Source: Ophelia neglecta (lineage: Eukaryota). Taken from it: a stretch of DNA of 64,000 nucleotides. Position numbers and translations under genes: made by a program. Where the stretch lies: contig OZ260666.1 in assembly GCA_965285935.1 (NCBI GenBank), positions 50,592,001 to 50,656,000 on the forward strand, written 5' to 3'. Below, in pieces: positions 1 through 13,200 of this stretch. The first letter of the stretch is position 1. Each line of letters opens with the position of its first letter. The notes below the pieces were generated by a model that had not been told where the DNA came from, did no database searches, and was given only the letters and a program-made list of their open reading frames with translations.

Positions 1-635
1 ATCCTCAAAGTATACTAAATGAATATTCAACCATTTGTACTTATTATTGTGTACATTTGCGAATGGTTGGCACAAAAGATTGTGAAACATGAAAACCACA
101 AATCAAATGACTAGAGTAATTTTTCCAAGTAATAAGCTATGTTTAAAATATATGTTTATCACCTTAGCTTAAAGCTCTTGGACAGTCCTTGATACCCTAA
201 TGGTCAATGGTAGCGAGTTCTCCAGCCATGGACCTGAGCACCGACAGCAGGTAAAGCACGGTCTCCGCAGTTGATAGTTGACAATCTTTGAGCGTCGTAC
301 CACAAGAAGAGCAGGCAAGTTCCCCTGAGCAGCTGATGTAACGTAAGTCCTAATATTTTAACGCTGCCGAGCCACACTTCTTTGTTGGAGTCAGCTGCTA
401 GTGTTAAGCCAACGAAACCGTTACTCAACTACGGCGAATCTAGGTCAGTGCAAAGCAAGCAGGTACCAAAACAGTTCTTATCACAGAAAGTTCACCGTCC
501 TGTTTGATCCTGCTAATGTCAGTTGTCAGGCTCTCTTTTAACACAAGCTGCGTAGAATGATTTGCAGAATTTAGCATTTCACTAGCGAAGCACGACTAGA
601 TGCAAAATGTAAGCGAAACATACTTTTGGTTAAGG

Positions 636-1187
636 TCAGGTCTTCTGTTTTGCGGAGACATCATGCAGATTTGAGAAATTGGGCACAGATCTGGATGTCT
701 CTGACAAAGTTTCTTGTGTAAGAGGGTCTCTTTTTGTTGATTTTTGACCGCCAAGGTCACCATCCCGGTCTCTGTCTAGCTGTGTAGTCGTATCATCATC
801 TGACCTGCAACTAGGATAAAACTTTCCATATTGAGACACATTCAAGTCGGATTTAGACATCGACAAGTCTGCCTGCTGGTCTTTACAAGAACCCGGGTCC
901 GAGGTCTCTTGTGCATAAACTTTATTAGTTTGTGGCCAAGATCGTCTGCTGTGTATATGTTCATCGTGTGATTGTCGCAAATCATGCTGGTACTGCGAGG
1001 CGGCGCGCGAAGGGATTTCTTTTTCCAGGGGCAGTTCTGTTGGATTGGCGTGGCACGAGAGGGCGCACAAGTCAGTACAGATGTGGTCCGGGTATTCTTC
1101 CGGCTGTGTAACTGGGCGGTGACTGTCTGTGAGTGCTATCACCTTACTCCTTGCCCCTTCACCTATCTCAGGGTTACTCGCCGCCAT
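636..1187 (-). CDS. Unassigned ORF, 183 aa, hydrophilic (MAASNPEIGEG...)
   Basis: Long open frame in AT-rich DNA with GAAATGGCG start context; no domain recognised. Confidence 0.2.
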   Translation of the reverse strand: MAASNPEIGEGARSKVIALTDSHRPVTQPEEYPDHICTDLCALSCHANPTELPLEKEIPSRAASQYQHDLRQSHDEHIHSRRSWPQTNKVYAQETSDPGSCKDQQADLSMSKSDLNVSQYGKFYPSCRSDDDTTTQLDRDRDGDLGGQKSTKRDPLTQETLSETSRSVPNFSNLHDVSAKQKT

Positions 1188-2774
1188 TTCGTTCTTCACA
1201 TATATACTGTCACTTACTCCAGTGAATAAAATGTATAGTCCAGCCGGAGAGTATTATTAGGTTCCAAAGCGCAGGCCTGAATGGAAGCTTAATGGTATCG
1301 GTAATAATATATATTACTGTCAAGTCAATCTAGGATCGGGTGTCAATTGTTTTATACGCACCTTGTTGTGTTTCTTTGCCCTAGTACGTACAATGGGCAA
1401 TGTTTTTCCATCGATAATCAGACATGACACAGTCGCCCAAATGAAATGGAACGGGAGCTATAATCCTCTAGCGGCTAATAAGGCATCCACATTGACCGTT
1501 CATTACACACTATATGTGATGAGCTGTGACAAAAGTTAGTTAAATGTACAATAATTCCCTAATTTCAATTTTGATTGAAATTTAAATAATCTTCTCTCTG
1601 AAAATCATCGTGCGTTGCAGCTATTAATTGCACACTGTTGCTCCGCAGTTTATACAGTATCTATGAAATTCCCGGCCTCAGGCTCAACTTTCCGGGAGTT
1701 TTGGCCGACCTTCACCCACGCATGGTTATTGTACGAAGCCACGTCAATGTACATAACCAGAGTGCCGAGAGTACATGCCGAACCGATAGAACAAATAAAG
1801 CCTGCAGTATTACTGATATTACAGGCTTGTGTGTAGTAAAATGAACTTTTTGCGGCAACCAAGGCGTGGGTACCGAGTGGAATTTAATTCATTTCTGAAC
1901 TTGTATAATACATGTGTACATGCCAACTAATACACTTTGCTTTATCACATATATATACAAATGTACAGTACAGGATAATTGTGTATTTCATTATTCTTTA
2001 TAGCTTATATAGAAAGTTGTGCACCAGCGAAATAATAATAGTGCAAAAAAGAGGCGTAGGAAGGTAATCAAAGTGAGGGGGACAACTAGTAGGGGGGCCA
2101 AAACATATGGTGGGCAGGGGCATGGCCTTCCCGCACCCCCCCCCCCCCCCCCCCCCCGTCTTCTGGTTCAAACTAGGCCCAGGAAAAAGGTATATTAAGC
2201 CCTACCGAGTTCCATCGTACATAATAATCATGTTTTCTACTGTGTACTGTACACATTCCCTCTAGATTATTGGAAAAAAAACGCACTTGTGTTTATACAT
2301 AAATACAAAACTGAAATAAATATAAAGGTTAAAATTTAGAATTCTACTTATTTAAAAAAAAGTAGTACTATGTAATCTCTACATCCAACATGACATATAA
2401 TTCATACAATCTTTTGTAGTATATGCAACTTTGAAAGGTACACCTCTGTCCCTTTGCCGCAATTAATAGTAAAAACCGATGTATATGTAATTATAGTAGC
2501 GGGCATACTTAGTCCCTGCTATCTGCGCTCAATGACGAATGCCATCGAATCTTTGAGAGCAGGCTACTGGTGTAGTGCTGGTAATGTACATTTAATTCAA
2601 CAACAATATATTATATTTACTAGGAATTCCCCTTCCTTTGAAAATTGGTGGTTTCCGATTTTCTGCTTCCCCTTAGTCATGAAAAAAAGCCCCCACGCAT
2701 ATTGTAAGAAGCAGGTTGAAGCAGTATTTTGTGTAACACTTGACAATGAACTAAGGTGAATGAATATATAATTC

Positions 2775-2827
2775 TAAATAAACAAGAAACACGTACAGAC
2801 ATGGAGTTTTGTAGGATATATTTTATT
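2775..2827 (-). terminator. Probable poly(A) signal of the spectraplakin mRNA (3' UTR ~2800-3896)
   Basis: AATAAA at 2827..2822 on the minus strand, followed ~30 nt later by the GU-rich element gtgtttcttgtttattt. Confidence 0.45.
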
Positions 2828-3896
2828 CATTTTTTCCTCAGATCAAATGTATGCTTGATTGAAAAATATAAAATCTAATTACCTTCATATTATGAAGTTA
2901 ATTGTGCCCTTTATATTTATTGAACAATTGTCAATAGAAGGGAGTTTGTGAATTTTTATAAAGGAAAAATAAAACCATGTAGAATCAATGTACGAGAGTC
3001 CTTTCCATTTGACAGCAAAATATATCACGTGCACTCTCATAAATAATAATATCTATTAAACTTATGGTAAATCATCAGATGTTCAAGTTGTATAAATTAA
3101 ATGTGCTTATAAAAGCGCTACATAATTATACAGATTGCTAACACTAACTGATAAGCCGCTTTTGTACTTAAATAGAATAATCCTGTTGTCAAATACAATT
3201 TCGTGTTATATTAAATGGCGCAAATGAAATAATTGCGGTTTCTCTAATGTGACGAGTTAATTTTATCCGCATTATTTTGCATAAAAAATATTAATAGTAA
3301 TTGACAAATACAGCTACATTATTACAGCTATTATTATAATGATTCAGTTTAATACATGTCATTAAATAACAACGTCCATAATAGTAAAGTTAATCGCAAT
3401 CATTCCTTTCTTCTCAATTTATTCCTCGTTGTCACACCAGCATACAATTAGAAATACAAGTTATCCAATAATATACAATGTCTTAACATCTTATCAACAA
3501 TACGGCGTAGCTCCCTTACCAGTCAAATTAAGCTGAGGAATATGAAATGAACGGGAAAAAGACAGGAACACATTTTTACAGGCTTGTTAAGAGAAAGTGG
3601 TACGTACGTGATACTGCATAGAAAAGAGAACGAAGACAGCACCAGCAGATGAGATTATGTTAAAAGAACACATCGAGTCAAAATGTACACTTTTGGAGAT
3701 TCCTAAAATATGCAACAAAGTCCGATGTACAATTCTTCCAAAGAAATGCGCCATCAATGATTCTGTACTTGAACTACTCTTGCCAAAGTAAGGCAAGTCG
3801 TTACATCAATCGACACGGCAGGTCTTTAATATCCAGCCAGGCGTATCGTATTAACTGAGAATCTTGCAGTGTTTGTGTAATGTACGTGTAGATGTT

Positions 3897-4201
3897 TTAA
3901 AATTTCATGGGAGCCAACTTAGGCGTGGTTGACATTTTGCGCGGGGTGCCGCTACTGTTTCTGGGGGAAGGTGTGCCACGCGACGCAGGTGACCTTGACC
4001 TCTGACTATTTGGCGTTCTGCTTCCCGTGGGCGTTTGTCGTCCTGTTCCGGTGGGCGTTGAGCGTCCATTAGTGGGCGTGGTGCTCCCATTGGATGGCCC
4101 TGTGGCCCCGCGTGGTTTAGGGGTGCTCGTGACTTTGCGAGATTTCGGCGTATCAGTATGGGCACCCGGAAAGGCACTTGCTCGGCGAGGGGTGCTGGTG
4201 G
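3897..4201 (-). CDS. MACF1: Spectraplakin last coding exon, basic S/T-P-rich tail
   Basis: ctgttttttag acceptor, phase 1; [10 protein letters not shown]...[16 protein letters not shown]. Confidence 0.88.
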
Positions 4202-7200
4202 CTAAAAAACAGAAAAACAAAACATTATTGAATGATATTTTCTATGTTACAAATAAGGAACTTACAAAGATGGCTATTTATGCGTATCAATTTGCCAAAC
4301 CGTTCAAGTCAACAAGAAAGGAATTCTCGAAGACGTGGTCTCATTTTTTGTGAGTTTACCTGCTCACTAACAAAGAATCAATACATATTCACTGCTAAAA
4401 TTGAAAACATACATAATCAGATTTAAGTAAAAGCCGACATAGTGTAGTTTGTTGTTAGTGTGGATGCACATGCTAGCAAGCTGTTTTGTACGTGCAACTG
4501 ATGAAGCAATGTTGTAGCAGGCTTTCATATAATTCATGGCAAATACTTCTTAAATATGCATTAAAGGCACCGGTGGAAGTTTGTGTTTTTACAACTCCTG
4601 GTCTACATGAAATACCGACACAATAAATGATGGTAGGATAACAGCAATACAAAAAGCATTGGTGACAATCTAGGTAATAAACATAATAATACAAGGTTTG
4701 GTAACTTTTCATTATAAAAACAAAAAAGGTAACTTGTCAAATTGTGAAACAAAACATGGCAGAAAACTATAAAAGCGTTAAAAATTGGTGCGCAAATTAA
4801 CTAGGACTCCGAATGAGAGCTTTCATGTGCAGCAGGCTTTTGTGTTTGACATCATTGGTTGAGCTCACCCAATGACACAATATATGGCAGGCTTCTAAAG
4901 ACTGATATGAAACGAATTTCACTCATGACATAAATTGCGAAGGGGACGGGATGTTTATGAGTAAGAATTTATTTAGTATTCAGAGGTAACAAGTTACTGC
5001 TGCACAGAACTGAAACAAAACATTTTTATGCGAGGGGAAAAGGTACCAGGTCCCAAAACCAACGATCTAGACTACCAATATATATATTTGTGTGACACAA
5101 TGGCGAAAGAATACGATTACCTGAAAAAAACGAAAAAAAACCGAGAGTACGAACATTTAAGGCAAGCTTCACTGAGTTCTACTGAGTTGATTGGATATAG
5201 GGTGCAAGGCACAGCTATAGGAGGAGCATTGGGTTGAGAGTGACTTCACCCATCCCTCTTAATGGCAGACGACCAGATCCATACATTGAATGGAAAGGTC
5301 GCCATAATGACAACACATGACGTCACAAAAGCAATGTACCTACCCCCAGTCGAAGACAAATTTGACCAAGACTTGGCCATTTGTGTGTTCTTTTTGCCGG
5401 CCAGCGTCCCGCGAGGGGGCGGCATTTGGGTCCTTCCTGTGGACGCTAAACTACTGGTACTACCTGATAGTTTGGCGCTAAGTGCTGGAAATAATTTGGA
5501 ACGAACGAAGAAGAGGTTATTTCAGACCTCAACACCTTTCAACACGTTATCTACCTTGATCGCCTACACATCTACTAAACTTTGAAAAGACACTCATTGT
5601 ATCGTTTCCATATTTAGCCAGATGTGCAGGCTCCCTACATAATTATGCCTCATCAGTTGAAATATGTGAAAAATGCGCTATAGATTAGTAGAACAAATGC
5701 TGGATTAATATGATACAAGTTAAGGTGTTTTTACCTTAACTTTTTAAAGCTGCATTATCAAAACATGCTTCAATTAATGGACAGAATAATATATTATATA
5801 ATTAAATTTAATCACAATTAATTAAATAGAGTTAATATCATACAAATGCAAAAAATGCAAGACCTGTTTTCTAGTCTAGGATTAATGGGAGAAAAAGTCA
5901 TGCATAAGATGAAAACAAACAGGAAGTATAATACCAAACCTAGGTATTAACATCTAATTTATCAGGTAAGTGGGGAACGACATTGAAGGGAATTGGTGGC
6001 GTGTCTGTGCCTCGGTATAATAGGCCATGTTGAAAGGAACGAATCCAGGATTGAGTAGAAGATTAGCAGTATGGTTAGGAGTGTGTGAAACAGGCATTTT
6101 CTTCAAATGTCTGTTGGTCACCCAACGCCTAACTTTGTGAAATGCCAGGAATAGTTAGAAAGTAGTCGTAAGTGTAGTCTTTTCTATCTATTGATGTCAA
6201 CGTGTGTTAGATGGCGATTCAGATGACTTTTTTACCTGAGGGAGATCCGCCATTATCGACCGAGCCTCTGGCGACTCGGTTTGGATTGGGGGTGCTCATT
6301 CTACGATTGGCAGGGGAGAAGGCAACCCGGGATTGAGCTGCCCCTTCGGGCAAAATGAACTGTTCCCGTAACTCCGTATTTGTTCTTCCTTTAGCTAGAA
6401 GGTGGATGAAACATGCATAGACATTAACTATACAGCCTTTTACCAGAAATCCCAGGGAAAACACAAGGAACACACCCAAAAGAAAATAAATATACATGTA
6501 TCTACCATTTCACCAAGCTCGACCCAAGGGTATGAAATGCGTGTGTACAGACCATTCACTTAATAAACCGTCGCGCTTGGCGGCAAGAACGTTGGCAACA
6601 TCTCAATATTCTTAATCGAAGGTTTTCATTGCGAATTTGTAATATCGTGTTGTGCAGAAGGCATCATTCTCTCATGCGATTAATGCATACTAAGGCTCGG
6701 CCAGATCATGGTTTATATAATGATAAACCATATAGACTGAGATCCTTACAGTAGTTCTTGACCCGAGCCCACAGTTGCCAATACCTTAACCAGAGCTCAG
6801 ATCTGGCATACTCACCCATCGCCGCCATTCCTCGAGCTTTATGAGGCCAGAAAACAACACGGAATGCAATAGAAATGTGCCTAATACAGTACTAAACTTA
6901 AACTTCATTGACCCTTCCATGCAACATAAATGGATGACTTGCAACCTTGAGTTTCACTGTGCTTAGGCTGATAACGGTAACGGGCATCACCAAGATACAA
7001 AATACACGTGTTCGAATTCAGTAGTACAACCCTGTTCAATTTTTTTTGGCGAGTGTTGTACTGGTGCATACGTTATACGTAAGGAGATCACGTATATGGC
7101 CCATGCCATATCTAGCATAAAATACCAAAGCTTTATGTGAGAATAAAATGATAGAAACCCGCAGTTAAACGGAATAAATGACACTGTATTATAGTAACAC

Positions 7201-10200
7201 TGACATTGACACTGCATGCTTGGTATCTCGGCAGTACATAAACATCACGGAAATATGATCAGTCCACTGAACAGTTTATCTAGATAATTGACCGGCATAC
7301 AGCATTTGTGCTTATTATGAATGCCTAGGCATGAAGGACTAAAAAGACAAATAGTTTGCCAACTAAAATTAATCGTGAAGGAGTCATCTTGCTGATGTAC
7401 ATGATTGACTGTCTAGGACGTTTTTTTTTACATATTTCCCGTCATTCGTTTAACCATGTGTTCTATTTTGTGTGTTCCTTGATCATGTATCTTCGTTATC
7501 AAGACAACAATTTAATTTCTGGGCCAATTGCGGCTACATCGTTTTTAAGTGTTTGACACTCAAATGGGGTTTAAAGAGACCATTTTATTGAAGTTTTTAT
7601 CAAATCCTCTTTAATTACATGGCAGTGAAATTGAAGAAAAGTAATCGCAATTCTGAGCCAATTGTGTTGGAGGGCCATTTCATATCAAGACATGACCAGA
7701 ATGAAGCCACATGACTTCCATTTAAGGCAGCGCGACGTTCTGTTCGGAATTGTGCGCTCTGTTATTTATAAATACGCTACCGTGCTAACTTACTGCAAAC
7801 TACATGGTGGCTAACTAGGACTAATTACAACTCAGAAACGCACCTTAAATTAATATTACTTAAGAATCCTCAGATGCCGAGTAGATAGTAGTAGGTCATT
7901 GTATGAGCTTACCTCGACATGGGTCGTTACTCTCCAGGAATTCCCGCAAGGTGGTCCATCCTCCTCCGACACGGACCATGACATTAGAGTTGAGAAATCG
8001 TACCAGACACATCTTCCCTTTCTCCCCCATCTGCATAAAACACAAAAAGTCTCATCTACAAGTTTATTCGTTTCTAACGAATTCTTAATATACTTTTGAG
8101 TGTAATTAAGCCAAATTCAACACGAGGTAAAAAGAATGTCTCGGATGTATTTCGTTCAACCACACAATTGTTATTTAGATTAATTACCTTGTATTTTCCT
8201 TCGCCGACCTTTTGCACTTTGAAGGCGTTTCGACACTGGCAGTGGGACACCTCGTGCTCGATCTCGTCGTGGATCAGTTCAGCGTTGGTAGCCGGTCGCT
8301 TGCCGGCTCGAAGACGGTTAGCTCGCTGAAAATAAACGAGCAACATACATGACCTAGTTATAAAATAGGTGATATAAGCGAGACCACAAACTGACAAACA
8401 TTGTAACTTCAATCACATGCGCAAACGTCTTTATAATAGTATACAAGGAAATACCAAACATTTGATGTGACTACTGACTTACTAGTCTATCGGGGCGTAA
8501 TGCATTGACAAACTCCTGGTAGTCAATTTCTCCACAGTGCTTGTGGTCAAATATATCAAACACTGCGTTCATCTCGGTCTTATTTGTGGGAAATCCTGAA
8601 ATTTGAAGATATTGTTTACCATCATGCATAGTAGCATAATATAAATATGATTTATTGAATGGCAAGTTTTAACCTTGAGACAGACCATTTCGAATCATAT
8701 TTAGCAGACTTACTACTGGCGAGCATGCCCTCAACAAACTCCTTCCGGTTCAGCGTGCCATCTCCGTTTTTGTCCTGTCGTCGGAAGAAGTCCGTGATAC
8801 GGAACTTTTTAGCGCGGATCCACGATATGTAGCGCTGCCGCCAGAGATCGAAATCGAAATTTTTAAAGCTTTCCAATTCGAGGAGATGGTCTAGAGCGTC
8901 CTGTAGTTTCTTCTTCCGGTCGACGCTCATTCTCCAGACCGAGCGCCATTTGTTTTGTAGCGTGGTGACCCGCGGGCTGGGACTGTCCGTCTCGTTCAGT
9001 TTCCACTGGCTGCCTTGTAACTGCTTCCGTGTCGCCGTCGGGGCGGCGGTCAACTTAGTTAGCCGGTCTACGTCCTTGTTCTTGTTAGACAAGTCGTCAT
9101 GAAATTCTAAAATAGAAACAGATTGCCTCAACGTCTATATGCCTTGATGGAAATGCATGCATGGAATGATCAAAGTAGCACATTAACATGTTAAAGGTAC
9201 TCGCCCTGGGCCATTTGTGTATATATATGATAAAAGTTTGCAACTCGATAACAAAGCGTATTTACCTAAATGTTCCTTGACTAGAACTTCGGCCACCGTC
9301 AGGTCTTCAGGAATGGGGTCCTTTTCTTTGGTGGAGAGCAATGCCAGTGCCTCTGTCAACCAGGCCAGTAGCTCCTCCAGCAGGGCGGCGTTACCTGAGT
9401 TTTCAGAGTTATCAGATTGTCATACATTTCTGTTCAACACAGTTCTAAGAGTACGGAGAAAACAATAGAGATTGACCAATGACCAGACGAACCTTATTGG
9501 TTGAATAAGATACGTCTCAAATACTCATTAACATACATAGACTTATTAAAGGTTGGGCATATGATTTACCCCTGATATTTCTGAGAGCCTCTTGTAGCCT
9601 CTGGGAGCGCTGGTTGGAGCGGTTCATGGCTTGTTCCCAGCGTGTCTGTGTGATGGTCAGGTAATACTTGACAAATCGAGCCGCATTGGGATGACACGCC
9701 TGTAGAATCTCCTCGGCAAGGTACCTAATACGCTCAACGTTCGGCTGCTGGCCTCGCAAATCCTCTTGGAATTTCTAAAATAGTAGAATTTTTATAATTA
9801 TTTTGTTCTTACAACGGAACCAGATGGCTTAAACTTTATTTTAATCAACGCCAGTTCCTAGCACCAAGCGTTGTAAACAAGTTTAATTCTAGAAATTGGA
9901 CGGGAACTTTTAAATGTCGAAGGATCGGGTATTAAATCATGGAAAATATCTAGTTTGTTCTTACCTCGTGGTGTTCGATGAGATTAACGATGTTCTCCTC
10001 ATCTTCCGGAAGAGCTCGAAATTTGAGTTCGGCTTCGGCAGATGGCAGCCATTCCCGGACGACCTGCACTGCGTCATTGAAGTCCTCAGCCTGGCACAGA
10101 CCAACGAAAAATTATCAATTAATCATACACAACTGGTAAAATAATAATGATAAATTTTGTTCTAAAGAGAACATGCACCATTACCACGTTTTCTTCTTGG

Positions 10201-13200
10201 GTACCAGTGGTGGTTACGTGTGCAATAAATATTTAAAGGAAGACAAAAAACACCCCTCGATTTCTGTATCTGGTGCTTACCAGTTTGAGTGCTTCCTGCA
10301 GCCGAGCTTCCCTGACGTCACTAAGCTGGTTTACGCGTTCCCATACGTGAGTGACTTCGTCCAGCTGATTGGCTACTGCCGCTTCCACGTTGGGCGAGGC
10401 TCTCATGGCCGCAACCATAGTCTGTCGGCTCTCCAACTCTTGTTGGAATGCCTAATGGAAGAAAGGTCACGTGATGTATTGGGTTGATACTATTGAGACA
10501 TGCATAGAGCATTATCTTGTGATCATTTGAAGGTCAATTGCCTAACAAATATGTTGAATCGATGCAGACGTGCAAACTTATTGACACGCCTGATTTGTGC
10601 TCGTTTGTGTGACATTTTATACCCTGGTTTCATCGTAACCATGCGTGTTTAAAAGACAGTTTTATCAGATTTAAGCTAAACGTAGCGGAAGTTTACAAAT
10701 AATAAGATTTTGCGCATGCGTTATCGATGGCCCTTTGGTATACGTGGAGTTCACTCGCACCAAATTAGTTCTTCAAAATAGAAGTTTCTGCGCCTCGCAT
10801 CTGTGTGTATCTTTTTACACTTGTCATTTATACGTTTTATGGATGCTGGAACACACGATGTCTTCATAGGTTCATTGCTTGCCTACAACGGCAAGGCAAT
10901 AAATCATGAACTGGCAAGCAGCTCAAAGAACTCGTCTGCACCTAGCTGATCATGTGACTCGCTCAGCCTTATCTTCGTCTTACTTCTCTTTAGAATCTTC
11001 CTTTATATGCAAGAGAACCACCGTCGGCCGGCGTCACCCTACCCCAGGTAGAAGACAGCTCCTCGGCAGGCACGCGTCTTAGAGTACATTTTTTTGTAAA
11101 GTCCGCCATGTTTTTGTTTCTTGTCATTATTTAGTCTAGTTTACGCGCTAGGTGCAGCTAGGAAGGGTCATTAATGAAGGTAAATGTTCCTAACCAAGGG
11201 TCCATTTTCATCAATTCCTTCAAACCAAGGGTCAAAATTTGTAATCAGTTTCCCTAGTCTTATTTTCTAACCCACAGTCCTAAGTTAATTTTCAGCGCAT
11301 TTTCAAGGGAAGTTTGTCTAATGTAAGCCTGATGTTAGAGAAATGTTCGGTTTCGTCGGATTTCCCCAGCCAATGATATGTTTATGTCACATATCTCTAA
11401 CAAGTGTATGCTTTATGCACATTATTAAGGGTAAGTTTTCGAAACCTCCATCTGCAAAATGTTTGCATGTACCTCACCCAGACACAGATCACGTGAGTCA
11501 AATGACCATTGAGGTTAGATTTATATTAGTAATTAAATTTGTTTCCTGGCGTTGTATGCCTTTTTCCCTTCGGGAAATTCTCTGCATGCCTAAAGTCACA
11601 TAAACAATAACATGTCTGTTGTGTTCGCGTTTGTTGCCTCTATGACATAACAAATCATCCACACAAATTAGTGGAATTTATCACTCATGTTGTTTGTTGC
11701 CTGTGATAAGAACATTTTGTAACGGTTTTCGAAACGTCACAGTATAGGTTTATGAGTTAATGGAATCTGAAAGCTGAGAGGACCATGGTCAAGGGCTGTA
11801 GTATATACATGTAGATTACCTCGGCTAGAAATAATGACAGGTAATTATTCAAAAAAAATACTTTAAATACACATCGACATGCTTTGTTTATCAGACGTTA
11901 GGGGTGCATTAGACTGTGCCATCAGAGCAGGTGAACATATACCAAAACTACAACTGTGATTGGGTGGTCTGAACAACAACAAATACAACTTTGAAATCAG
12001 CACGCAAGATAACCTCAAATTCGCCCTAAGCAAATATAGTAAATATTTCGACTGCATAGCAGCGTGAACAAGACCTCATCGAGATAGATCCAGACCGCAT
12101 AATGTTCCCATTTTCTCAATATTGATCGCCCCTGCACTTTTACCACCAAATCTGATTTAAGGTCACTTGTTTATTTTCAACAAATGATTAACTTTAAGAC
12201 TTTTAGAATGATTATAGTAATTCTAAGTATGGTGGGTGCTGGTGACCTCAAGGGGCTGTATGCCGGTGTGGTAGCCCGCTATTGTGTATGTGTCAGATAT
12301 AAATGGAACTATTTGAATTGCTACCTGTTAAAAGGGGTGAAGATGGCCGACATAAGGACATTAATATGATAATTTTGGGGACAGGTGTACAAAGGACAGG
12401 TCCATGTGGGTGAGACGCGACTCCGGTTACACAGTGCTATGCTGTTCATATCATCAGATCCGTGAATGACACGTTCGTCGGTATGAAGCTGGCTGTAGTT
12501 TGGGGGCGGTCTGTTCAGTGGACAGAAGCAAGTGCCTTATTTCACCTGACGGTAAGGTGACAAACCGACAACGCTGGGGTCACCACATGTTTTAAAAACA
12601 GCGTCAAATGCGAAAATAAATAGCTGCAAACGACGTTTAAAATATTCAAATAAATGAGTGGTGCCCTATAAACTAAATATTTGCAGTCGTCGTGTTAACC
12701 TGTCAAATTAAGGCTTGTGTTTTTGTTTGCTGATGTCAAAGGTGGCAAATAAAAAGAAAGATGCTGTTGCGTCAAACCCACGCGCACATAAGATGTCCAA
12801 TGTATATATTAACATAATATATATACATATATAAATAGAACCATATCCTTATGTTCATTCTTCGGAATACATGTTAAATTTATAAATTTCATATCAAGTG
12901 ACAACAACAAGCTTAAGCGAAATTTAAAATGTTATACATAGCACGAGAGAAAGTGCTCTAATCGTGGTCCTAGTACCTTGTGTTGTTCTGTGAGTATGTG
13001 GACGGTGTCGAGATCCCCGAGGATGGGTTGGTCCTCTGACAGGTAGGTCTCGGCCTTCTCCAGCCATTCTAACAACGACTGCAGAGCGTCCGCGAAACGC
13101 CCGCTTGACAACAACGCCTCGTCCAACTTGTTCTGTCTGTAAGAAAAAACAACAACAATCTACAACAGAAGACACAGTATAACTTTTCATACATAATTGT

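Noticed and set aside
3905-4353. Overlapping alternative-frame and antisense ORFs over the last exon
   Set aside because: Explained by the GC-rich, low-complexity coding sequence; the phase-1 frame is the one consistent with upstream exons.
4360-4366. 7-nt AG..GT microexon in the last intron
   Set aside because: Not frame-preserving; leads to an early stop in the last exon.
10980-11115. AAAACATGGCGG start-like/YY1-like motif with short [11 protein letters not shown]...
   Set aside because: Nearby donors are phase 1 or 2 or lie after the stop, so none joins the phase-0 exon at 10451; may be regulatory or repeat-derived.
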